Shown in pieces: positions 24,527 through 36,878 of a stretch of DNA of 64,000 bases. This DNA is from Cenococcum geophilum. Taxonomy: Eukaryota. How positions within the stretch are numbered: the first letter of the stretch is position 1; each line of letters opens with the position of its first letter. The notes under the pieces are model-generated. The model worked only from the letters and a program-made list of their open reading frames with translations, searched no databases and was not told the origin of the DNA. Made by a program: the position numbers and the translations under genes. The stretch is taken from positions 16,120,001-16,184,000 of the forward strand of contig CP158635.1 of the NCBI GenBank assembly GCA_050273025.1. The letters are read 5' to 3'.

Positions 24527-25308
24527 TTATACGGTTAACTAGGCTACCCTATAAGGAACTGCCTAATAAAGGTAAAGACAAATAAGGTCCTATTAATTTA
24601 GGAGGATAGTATAGAGTTAGAAAAAGAGGAACCCTAGAGGAAGACTCCTCTTTAGGGTTAAAAGGGATTAATATGTTATATATTAATCTAGGTTAGCTAG
24701 TTAATAAAAGAAGCTGCACTATCCCTTATACTTTATTCCGTAATAGATATTAAGTTTTAACCTCTGCTTTAGCTGACTTAGGAGTAAATACCTTTACCTT
24801 AATTAATACAAAGTGCGCTGCAAAACTGGCTGACTTTTTAAATGTACCCCTTAAAGAACTACCTAAACTAATTCTTATTTATGGGTATAATGGACGGATA
24901 GGGCTACCTATTATAACTATCTTATAGATCTACCTCCGCGTTAATAAATAAAGGTAGTATAATATCCCCTTCCTTATTATAGACCTTAGAAGCTATAATA
25001 TAATCTTAGGGAGAAAATAGCTAGCCTATTTAGGCTTATAGCTTAATATACAGAATAGGCAGCTTATCTAGCCTAAAACTATGCCCCTAACGCCTTCCTT
25101 TATAAAAGAGATTAGTATTATAATAGAAAACCTTATATAGCCGTAGATAAATACCATTTACTAGGCTAACGCGATGCGTAGGGACTAGGCCTTTAAAAAG
25201 GATATATAGCTTAATCCGCAACAAATCTATATACTACGCCACCCCTAAACTGCCTATATTACGCCACCCGCACTAAAGACTTAGGAAGTTAGTAGTGGCC
25301 TAGCTAAG

Positions 25309-28300
25309 TATAACGGAACCTTGTAGTAAGAACTACGGTAGGTCCTATTAATAGGCTAGGTATATAGGTATTATAAGTAAGTCAACAATGTAATAATAAC
25401 TAGTAGAGTGGTTGCCTAATAGATTAACTCTAATTGATTCTAAGAATTACTACAAGGAAGGAACTATCTAGGTAGGGACTAAGGGTCCTTAAATACATAA
25501 CTGTACTCTTATAAAATCCTTCTTATATGTAATATACGTAAGGTATATAAACTACATAAGTTCCTCTTATATCTCGCGTTTCTTGCGTAGCACGTTATAT
25601 AACCTTAGTTACTATTTCTTATTATATAGTTCTACTAGTTCTATCCTAAACCATACCTATATTAACTAACTAGCTTCTTCTAACTCCTCTCTAAGTAGTT
25701 ATAATATTATACTTAAAGCGTCCGTAATACTATCTCCCTCCTCTTTATCTTTATCCTTAAAGATACCTAATATCTCTAGGTCGTTTACTAGAGGTATAAT
25801 GTCCATCTAATTAATTTAGTTAATATTATTACTTATTATACCTAAAGCAATTTCTTCTTTACACGCACAGTATCGTGCTCGCACTATTACTATAATACTA
25901 TTACTAGGTAAGATTATACCATTTCCGTATTCTTATTGTTCAAAAAAGGGGTTAGTTTATATTATACTGGCGAGTCCTTTATCTTAGCAACCCTCTTTAT
26001 ATTTAAAGTATACTAAAGCAAACGTTTAATTATCCTATAATATTCGCTCTATATCTAACGCTAAGTATACACATCCTATAACTCTTAATAGTCTTTACAT
26101 TCCCTAAGTAATTTGTCTTAGGGTCTTATGTTTAATCTACTACTGTGAAACTTAATAGTAACCTAGCGTAGGCCCTAGCTAAACTTAAGCGTTCTTATAA
26201 TATAGAACAGAAGGCCTTAGATACTTATATTATAGCGTCTGCTTAGCTACTTTGTCTTAAGAAAGTTTATAAGAAGGTTTATTTTAAGGAGTAGAAACTA
26301 GTAAAATAAGGTCTATAGGAACTTAATAATAAGAAAACTAACTCTCTTTTAATAGTAAAGAAAACAGCTTTAAGTAGTTCAGCAGTTACTCCTCCTAAGT
26401 CCCCCTTAGGTAACTTATTCTTTAGTAATCCTTCCTTATTAATATTACCTAACCTATTCTCTTCTAATACTCCTATACCCTTTCTATAGCGTTCTTTAAA
26501 TTTTCTAGTAGCTCTTAGGTAGTCTTATTATAGCCTATCCACTATACCTTATACTATATTTTATTGTCTATGTCCTTATAACTAACAATCTTTAAAACTT
26601 GCCATTTATCTTCTTCTTACCCTTTATATATATCTACTTTATAAACCAATGGCTTAATATTCCTATATACTAGCTCTAGCATTGCGATATGCTATACTAG
26701 GTAGATTTTTATCTTAGCTAGTAAGTTTAACTTAAATATAACCGGTGAAATTCTCTATAGAATTTCAAAAGGTCTTAGTCTAACGTGGTCTAACTTCTTA
26801 CTTAGCTGTTAACTTTTGAAATTTTTGTATAGTAGCTACACTTTATCCCCCTCCTTAAGATCTAGTCCCTTAGATCTCTTAGTATTATAGTACCTTTTTA
26901 TTCTTTATTATACCACCTTAGCTATTTCTATAAGGTCTATATAAAGATTTATTAAATCCTTTATCCTTTACTTAGCTATACTACTTATCTTCTTTACTTA
27001 ACATAGTAATAATAATATTCTTAGTTCGTATCCGTAATTTGCCTTAAATAGTAATATACCTATTCCCTCTTATAGTGTTATATTGTATATAAACTATATA
27101 ATTAGTAATAATAATACCTAATTATTCTATACATAATTAACATAATACCTTAGATACTGCTTTAGTATCTAATTTAGTCTTTCCGTTTAACCGTCTGTCT
27201 ATAGATAATATGCGGTAAAAGTTACTACTCTAACTTCTTACTCCACTAAGAATACTTCCTAGAATATTACTATAAATCTTAAATCTCTATCTAATATAAT
27301 CTTGCTTAGTGCTCTATATTTTATAAATACTTCCTTAATATAGATTCTAGCGATATCTTCTGCTAAGATTTCTTCTATATATGCTATAAAGTATCCCTAC
27401 TTCATTAGCTTATCTACTATTACTAAGATTACGTTATAATCTTATCTGGTAATAGGGTTTTTTAACTTTAGTAACTTTATAATAAAGTCCTATAATATAA
27501 CCTCCTATAGTCTCTCTGGTATTTTAATAGGTTATAGCCCTCCGTATAGCTTATGCCTTATTAGTTTATTTCTTTAGTAATCTAAATATTCCTTAGTAAT
27601 TTTCCGTGCTAAACCCTAGATTCTATTAATAATGTACTCCTCTTGGAGTCTTAATACTAAGCCTATAGCTCTATTATGTCCTTAAGTTATTCCCTTATAA
27701 AAGTCTTCTATAAAATGCTCTGCTATGCTTCTTAGGATATACTTCGCTTCTTAGTTTTTATATATATCCATCTATAGATCTTCTAGCTATGTTTTTAGAA
27801 TTTATTATGCCTAAAAGCTTTTTAGTATCTCGTAGACTCTCTCTATTATATCTTTTTAAGTTACTATAATTTTTGGATAATTATATCTAATTAATTTATT
27901 TATATCTTTTCGTAATAGAGCCCCTAATGGCTTCTTATTATTTTATAGTTTAGTTTTTCTGCTTAGAGTATCCGCTCGTATATTGTCTGTACCCTTAGTA
28001 TACTAAATCTTAAAATAGTAGTCTGCAAGCGTCTCTGCCTATCTAACCTATCTTTAGCTAAGTTCTTTTATTGTTAGAAACCCTATTAGGTTTTTATAAT
28101 CCGTTTTAACTATAAATAGCTTCTTTATGTCTTATAAGAATGCTTTCTATTTCTTTAGTACTATAACTATATCTAACAACTCCTTATTATAGATGTTATA
28201 GTTTAACTCTAGTAGTGTTATTTTTCTACTATAGTATACTACTAGGTGCTAACTATCTTTATATCTTTATATAAAGTATGTCCCTAGTATAAAGTCTAAT

Positions 28301-31300
28301 ACATCCATTTTAACCACTATCTTTAACTTTAGTTAGTAGATTTTAAGAATTGGTTCCTAGGTGAATAACTCCTTAAGTTCTCTAAATAACTTCTTTTACT
28401 TATCCTCCCATACCTATAGTTCCTCTTTCTTTATTAGTTAAGTAAATGGCTTAATATTCTTTAACTATTGTGCTATAAACCTCCTATAGTAATTGCAAAA
28501 CCCTAGAAATAATCTTAACTGTGTAACGTTCTCTAGTTCTTACCAATTTACTATAGCTTTAATTTTCTTTAGGTCTATGCTTAATTTGCCTAGTTTAATA
28601 ATAAATCTAATAAAATCGGTCTTCCTTATAAAGAACTTGTATTTCTTAATTGCTACTAGTATCTGTTCTTTTTATAGTCTCTTTAAGACCTATTTAACGT
28701 GTTCCCTATATTCTTCCTTAGTCATTAAGTAGATAATAATATTATTAAGGTATACTATAATAAACTTATTAAGGTGTTCTCCTAATATACTATTAATTTA
28801 CTTCTAGAACGTTACTAGTACATTTATAAGCCCGAATTGTATAACTAATAGCTTATATAGTCCTTCCTTTAACCTAAAGGCTGCTTTCCATTTGTTGCCT
28901 TCCTTAATTCTAATCTAATAGTACGCCTATCTTAGATCTATCTTCGTAAAGATTTGCGTATTACCTATCCTATCTTAAATTTCACTAATTAAGGGTAAAA
29001 GATACCTATCCTTTCTTATAATGCTGTTTAACTATCTATAGTTAATGTATAACCTAAGTTTTCCGTTTTTCTTTGGTACGAACAGTACTGGATAACCTAC
29101 TAATAACTGTAATGGTCTAATATATCCCTTTTATAAGTTCTCCTAGATAAACTCTTTTAGTGCTCTACCTTCTTCTTTAGTAAGCTTATAGGTTAGAAAG
29201 AACCTTAGACTTATTTCTGGTTTTAACTCTATCTTATAGTCCTATACTATATACTCTAACAGCTTTTCACTTTCTAGTGACTATAACTTTTTGCTATATT
29301 TATGGTATCTCTTTAGTATATAACCTACCCCTTTCTTGGTTTCCTTATATATTGCTCCGACTTAGTACTATACTAACTTAGTTTATTATTGCATCTTACA
29401 GCGTTAAGTATTTCTAATATTAACCTAACCTGTAACCTAATTAATCTTTAGATTATATTCCTATAACTAAGGTATTTCTAGTATTGCCTTATTATTCCCT
29501 AATGGTAATATATTAAAAGACATCTTAATTTATTTTCCTTTAATGGTTAACTAAATAGGTCCTATTTTGAGATTAATAATACCTCCTCTATAGGCTATTA
29601 GATCTCCTGAAATTATAACTAATAGATAAGGGTACTCCTTTTCTCTATGTGGTAGTCCTATTTTTTTTAACTGCTGCTGGTGATATATGGTTCCTTATTG
29701 CTTTACTATCTACTAATGCTTTAAACTGCTAATCTTGCCACTTAATTTATAAATTTAGGTATCGTCTTTAAATTCCTTTAAGGGTCTAAGGCTCTACTAC
29801 TGGCTCCCTCTGGTCTCATAGGCCTCTACTTTTCCTAATTATTAGCTACTAGATCCCATTTATACTTAGTCTACTTTTAGCCAATACTTAGTTCGCTTTT
29901 TATCTTTAATATACTATAGATATATATTCTCTAGGTATTCCCACCACTATTATCCATCTAGGTATTCTTCTATAAGGAATCTTCCTAGCTAAAGTATTAA
30001 GTCCCCTTATTCTTAAACTTCTATAGGGTGCCATCTATATATATACTTAGCGTTTCTGTACTTTACCTTATCCGGTGCCTAATATATCCTCATTAGGTAC
30101 TTCCGGTTCTTATCTTTAGGTGCTCTATATATATTATATATATTATCCACACATGCAATCCACGCCAACGTGTAATATACTTAGTGTTTTAGGTTAACTC
30201 TTAGCTCGTCTTTACCCTTAAGTTTAAACCTCTGTTATTCTAATCTAAGTATTACAACTTCGCTTACAGGTACTAAGATTTGTCTTTTACTTCTCCAGTC
30301 CTCTAATTACTTCTTTAGATCTTTTAATATTATAATTAAGGCTCCTTTAATATAAGTTATAGCCTTTTCCGTAATTGGGTGGTCCTAAATAACTCGTTCG
30401 TCTAACTATATATAGAAATCTTCCCACTTATCATTATATCGTTGCCTATACCACTTTTGGTATAGCTCCTTAAGTATATACAGTTTATCCGTAAGAAAGT
30501 ATCTTCTTATTACTACGTCATAACAGCCTTTTATATGTCGTTCCTCGAACCTAGTTAGAATCCCTAGATCCTCTTCTTATTCTAGTTTAATAAGCCACTT
30601 AGCTCTTAGTATGCCTATTTTAGGTCTATTAGTAACCCTTTATACGGGTACTCTGTCCCTTATACGGCCTAGTGTACTAGATCTCTTATCTAGTTTCTAT
30701 TCTTACCATGCAGTAATCCTTACTCTAAATTCTACCATGGTTTCTTTTTATTCACGTCTTACAAGTGGATCCCTAAAGTTTTTATACTTCTTAATTCCCT
30801 TATTAATAGTTCTCATTTATATATTAAAGTCTTAATCCCATAGAATCCTTAATCCTAAGCTTGCTTCTAACTTAAGCTTGGCTCCCGCCTTAGTTTAACT
30901 AGGCGTCCGTAGTGTTCTCATCTTATCTTAAGAATTTTAAATCTTACTTATCTCGTCTTAAGAGTCTTGTGCCTTTAGGAATTCTTATCCCAAGCTTATT
31001 TATATATCTTTAAACTAAGCTGCTGCTCTGCCCTATTAGTTGTCGTCCGTAGTAGGTCCTTAAGCTATCCTTATCCTTTCTTTAGAATCTTAGATCTCTC
31101 TTATCTTATCTTAAGAATCTTAAGCCTTTAGCCTTTTACCTTTATTAAGTAGTAAGCTAGCACTAGCAGTTATCTGCTTGCTTAATCGTCTTTAGATATT
31201 GCTCCTTCCGTCTTATAAAGCAATAGATGCCGTATCCAACGGTATTATAATACCCGTTACTAAACCTTACTCTATGGCGGTCCCAGTCTCTACTTCTATT

Positions 31301-33188
31301 ACATTATTAAGGTTTAGATACCCCTAGTTAGTTCCTTTTTCTTCCTCGTCGCTATTAATTAATAAGCACTCTAACTCTATTATTATTATTGCTAATCTTT
31401 ATCCATATATTGCTATAACATCTTAATCTAGCTTGTAGAGTTAATCCTTTTCTTTATCTAACTCTTTGGTTTCTCTAAGTCCTTTTAACTCTAGCTCTTA
31501 TAGCTAATAGCTTGCGCCATACTTAGCGTCTTTATAAACTTAGTATGCGTTATTATAATAAAACGTAAAACTTTAGATTAAATATTCTTTTGTTCCTCGC
31601 AGTATACTATTATCCCTCTATACGTATATGTCGTCTACTAGTCTAGTTCCCTTTATTATATAGTAACTCTAACCATCTTTAAAATCCCTGGCAAAATGAC
31701 CCTATTTTCCGTAATTTATATAAGCTCCGTCTCTAAACCATTGCTTTTATTATAGAGTCCGCTTAAACGTCTTCTGCTGTTAAGATTCTTAGTTTAGCCT
31801 ACGCTCCTTAGTCCTATAATTACTTAATCCTTAACCTCTAGGTTTCCATAGTTTCTTACTCCATCTCTTATAGGTTTCTTTAGTACCGCTTAGGTCTATT
31901 AGCTCTACGCCATACCATAGTTTCTAACTTAGCTTTGGTCATTGCGTACTCTGCGCCTTATATAACTATAGAACTCTATCCTAACCTTTTTTGGTCTATT
32001 CCCTTTGGAAGATCCTATTATTAATCTTAATTACTTAATTAATTAATTCCCTTAGGGTGTCCGCATCTTCTATTAGAATAATTATATTCTAAACTTTAGC
32101 CTTAAGTGCTTATTTATACTGTGCTATAAGCGCCCTATTATTCTACTTAACCTACGTTACTAGCGTTTAAAACTGCGTTGTATACTTAATCGCTAAGGTT
32201 TACTGCGTAATATCTTAGAGTTTTCTTTCTACCGTAGTTATTACCTCTAGATCTCTAAATATTTATATAAGTTGCTCTATAAACCCATTCTAGCTTAAAA
32301 ACATAAACCGTACCTCTTGGTTTATTGTTATTATCCCGTTTGCTTATATCTCTATAAGGTAAGGCTTAAACCATTTAAGTGCTCTTTCTAATAAGAATAA
32401 TCCTGCATACGCTATTTAATCCATAGGTATTGCTAGCTTTGCTCCTTCTTGTAAAACCTTAAAATGCATTTACGTAAGAAATCCTTTAAGCTTTAATTTC
32501 TCTCCTAAGAACCTTTTAATTGATAGTAACGTAACCTTTACTACGCCTATCCCGTTAATCCTATTTTTAAGTGCCGTATTATTTTCCGTTAATTAGTTAA
32601 CTATTGCTTATAACTGTCTAACCGTCACTAGTTGCTATAAGTTAGTGTCTGCTATACTAGTGTCGTTTCCTAATCTTAAGGTGGTTGCTGCCGTTAATGG
32701 CGTTGTGGTGGCTGCTTTTAGTGGCATATTGTTTAACTTATTAAAACCGTAACTAGGTAGTAATTATATAACGGAACCTTGTAGTAAGAACTACGGTGGG
32801 TCCTGTTAATAGGCTAGGTGTATAGGTATTGCAAGTAAGTTAATAACGTAATAATAACTGGTGGAGTGGTTGCCTAATAGATTAACTCCAATTATATTCT
32901 AAGAATTACTATAAGGAAGAAACTATCTAGGTAGGGACTAAAGGTCCTTAAATACACAACTATACTCCTATAAAATCCTTCTTATACGTGATGTACGTGA
33001 GGTACATAAGCTACGTAAGTTCCTCTCGTATCTCGCGTTCCTTGCGTAGCACGTTATATGACCTTAATTACCATTCCTCGTCACATGGTTCTACTGGTTC
33101 CATCCTAGACCGTGCCTATATTAACCAACTAGCTTCTTCCAACTCCTCTCCAAGTAGTTATAACATTGTACTTAAAGCGTCCGTAACA
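25309..33188 (-). mobile_element. Gypsy chromovirus family B copy B2, full length, uninterrupted
   Basis: LTRs 25309-25729 and 32767-33188; TSD CTAAG; gag ATG at 32727; reverse-complement homologue of B1. Confidence 0.95.
25838..26500 (+). pseudogene. Antisense accessory ORF of family B (Cys6-cluster-like domain plus coiled coil); putative intron 26067-26121
   Basis: Same indel-free frame in B1 (intact ATG at 23997, minus strand), B2, and B3 (from 59883, minus strand); stop codons are RIP-type; 3' end approximate. Confidence 0.7.
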
Positions 33189-36100
33189 CTAAGTCCTAAA
33201 TAGAGAACTTAGGCCCTACGTAGCTATAAAGGAAGGCTAGGGACATTAAATAATATACTAAACTAATAGATTAGAAGGACAACTTACGGAAAATGGAATA
33301 TGAGCTAAGGAAGACTATAAACCCTATACCGTAAAATACGGCCTGATAAATATCCGTAAAGAAACCTATAGACCTCCTACTAGTTAATATCTGCTATATT
33401 AGCGCTATAGGATTCTACTAAAACCTAGTTTAGCCTAATACTGTTACCTTTATAACTAGCTTATACGAAATTAATTAAATAATTAAAAAGAAAGAAGCCC
33501 TAGCCTAAGAGAAAAATGAGTTTATAGATAAGGAGCTAGTAGAACAGAAACTACCCTGTTAATACTAGAAATTTAAAAACACCTTCTCTAAAGCAGCGTC
33601 TAATGTACTTCCGCCTTACTGACCGTATAACTATAAGATTAAAATTAAGCCAGATAAGGTGGCTACCCTTAGCTATAGCCCCCTCTAATATCAATCTACT
33701 GCCGAATTATAGGCTATAAAGCAGTACCTTATTAATAACCTAGATAAGGGCTTTATTAAGCCTAGTTAAGCCCCTTTTAACTTACCTATTCTCTTTACTA
33801 AAAAGCTAAATAGAGGACTTTGTTTCTGTATTAACTACTATAAGCTTAATAATTTAACCCTTAAAGACCGTTACCTACTGCCTTTACTTAATAAGACTCT
33901 GGCCTAAATAAGTAGAGCTAAGATCTTTACAAAGCTTAATATCCGCTAGGCTTTTTACTAAATTAAGATGGACCCTAAATTAGAAAACCTTACTACGTTT
34001 TAGACCCGTTACGGAACGTATAAATATAAAGTACTGCCTTTTAGACTAACTAACGGACCGGCCATATATTAACAATATATAAATAATGTACTATTTAACC
34101 ACCTTAATAACTTCTGTATAGTATACCTAGATAATATTATAATTTACTCTAAAAATAAACTGGAATATAAAGAGCATATCTATAAAGTCCTATAACGGCT
34201 TTAGAAAGCTAGCCTCTAAGCTAATATTAAGAAGTTAAAATTTAGTGTTAAGCGTATAAGGTACCTAAGGTTTATTATTAGTATAAACGGAATTAAGGTA
34301 GACTTAGAAAAGACGGCTGTAATTAATTAATAGGTACCCCCAAAGACTGTAAAGGGGGTGTAGTTATTCTTAGGGTTCTGTAACTTCTACCGACGCTTTA
34401 TTAAGAACTATAGTAGGATTGCCCGGCCACTAAGCCTACTTACCTATAAGGACTAGCCCTTTTACTTTAACACCCTATATAAGCAGGCCTTTAATGAGCT
34501 TAAGAAACGATTGGTTTTTGCTCCCTTATTTATCTACTTTAACCTAGAACGGCCCTTAATACTAGAAACCAATGCCTTAGATGGTATTATAGCTGGCGTT
34601 TACTCCCAAAAGCAGATAGATGGAGAATAGCACCCTATTGCTTACTATTTAAAGACTATAGTAGATGCTAAGCTAAACCACCCAATTTATAATAAAGAAA
34701 TGCTAGCTATTATCTCTAGCTTTTAGCACTGGCGAGCCTAACTAGAAGGCACCCCTAAGTCTATCTAGGTAGTTTCCGATTATAAGGCCTTAGAATATTT
34801 TATAATAATAAAGGCCCTTATAGCCCGATAGGCGCGCTAGGCGGACACCCTATTTTAGTTTAACTTCCTAATTATATATAGGTTAGGCGCTACTAACTGT
34901 GCGGACGCTCTTATAAGGCGTAAATAGAATATAAATAACTAGATAGCTGTAAGGATCTTATTATAGACCTAGGCGCTACTATAACTAGAGCACCTTAACC
35001 CTTAAATACGGGCAGAACTAAATATAGACTTTTTAGGTGCAGAGATATACCCTATTAACTCTATAGAACTAGACCTTATTAATAAACTGCTATAGGTAAA
35101 CTATACGGCCCCTTCTCTACAGGAGTACCGTAAAAAGGTAAAGAATGTTTCTAGCCTATAGTCCCTTAAAAGTAGACTACTTAAGCACCGTAAATGGCTA
35201 GTGGTAGTAGAGGAATAGAACTTACAGACTTGGCTTACTATTAAAGCACATACCTAGGTCTTTATGGCCTACCCTAAAAAAAAATAAGACCCGTAGGATT
35301 ATTAGCGACCGCTACTACTGGCCTAGAATAATTATAGATATTAACCGCTATATACGGAACTGCAATAACTACCATAGGTTTATAATTCCACGAGATAAGA
35401 CCTTAGGACTATTAAAACCCCTCCTAATACCCGACCGCCCCTAGTAATATATCTCTATAGACTTTTATAAGCTACCTTTAAACTGTAACGGATATAATAT
35501 AGTTATAATCCTAGTTAACCGCTTTAGCAAGCGCCCGTTTTTAATTCCCTATTATAAGAATATTAATACTAAAGAGGCGGCCCGACTGTATATCCACTAC
35601 GTCTACCAAATTTACGGACTACTAAATACTATTATATCTAACTGCGGGCCGTAGTTTATATTAGCCTTTTAGAATAAGTTTACCCAGATCCTAGGTATTA
35701 AGCTAAAGCTTTTTATAGTATATTACCCCTAGATAGACGGTTAAACGGAGATTATAAATTAATACTTAGACCAGAGACTCCAGCCTTTTATTAACTACTT
35801 TTAGGATAACTGGGCCGAACTATTGCCCTTAATAAACTACGCCTAAGCGACCCTACCCCACGACTCTACTGGATTTGCCCCTATTTAACTAAAAATAGGT
35901 TACCTACCCCGCATAAGCTTTAACTGGGAAAGACCAAAAGGGCCCTAGACTATACGCGAAAAACTATCTTATAAGGAAGCCTAGCAGTACGCTAAGCGCT
36001 TAGAAGAAGCCTAGAAAGTAGTCTGTATAAACCTAAAAAAGGCCTAGAAATTAATAGAATAGCAGGTAAATAAGCATAGGCGCGAGCCTAACTTTACTAT

Positions 36101-36878
36101 AGGCGATATGGTCTAGATTATAATAAAGAACTAAAAGATAGAACGGCCTAGCCGTAAGCTGGACTATAAGATAGCAGGACCGTATAAGATTTTTAATAAA
36201 GTAGGCAACTCGTATAAGGTTAAGCTCCTAGACTTAATTAAAGTTTACCCTATCTTCTTACCAGATAAGCTACGGAAAGCCGTAAACAACTTATTACCTA
36301 AATAAAAGAATAAACCTCCCCTGCCGATCTAAGTCAATGGCGACGATAAATAGGAAATTAAAGAAGTACTGGCCTATAAGCTAGTAAGGAAAACGCTAAA
36401 GTACCGCGTTAGTTGGAAAGGCTATAACCCAGATCCTACCTAGTACCCTATATGGAACTTTATTAGTAGCCCCCATAAGCTTTAAGAATTTTATAGCCAT
36501 TACCCTAATAAACTAGGACCCCTAAAGTACCTTAATAAGTAGATGGAATGCTAGAATAGCGAAGATAATAAGCTATTTATTAACCATAAAGACAAGAATA
36601 CCCCACGGATATACAAAGCCTAAGGGCAGGCTTTTTCGGAGGGGGGGTAATGTTACGGCACTAGCAGAACTTGGCAGAATATGGGTAGAACTTGGCAGAA
36701 CTTTGTGATCACGTGACTAGAGGACCGTATAAAAGAACCCTACGTCGACCGGCGCTGCTCTTCTTCTCCTTTCCTTTCTCTAGCTTTAGATTCTCGTTTA
36801 TAGACAATCCAATCGTACAGGCTTGCGCGTCCCTCGTACCGTGCTCGTGCCTCGATTGACCGAGTCGCTAACACCATT

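Larger units (their letters stand above)
9272..36873 (+). mobile_element. Gypsy chromovirus family A copy A2, interrupted by B1 and B2
   Basis: 223-bp LTRs 9272-9494 and 36651-36873; TSD CCATT; segments 9495-10738, 24532-25308 and 33194-36650 rejoin collinearly with A1 (~5.9 kb). Confidence 0.95.
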
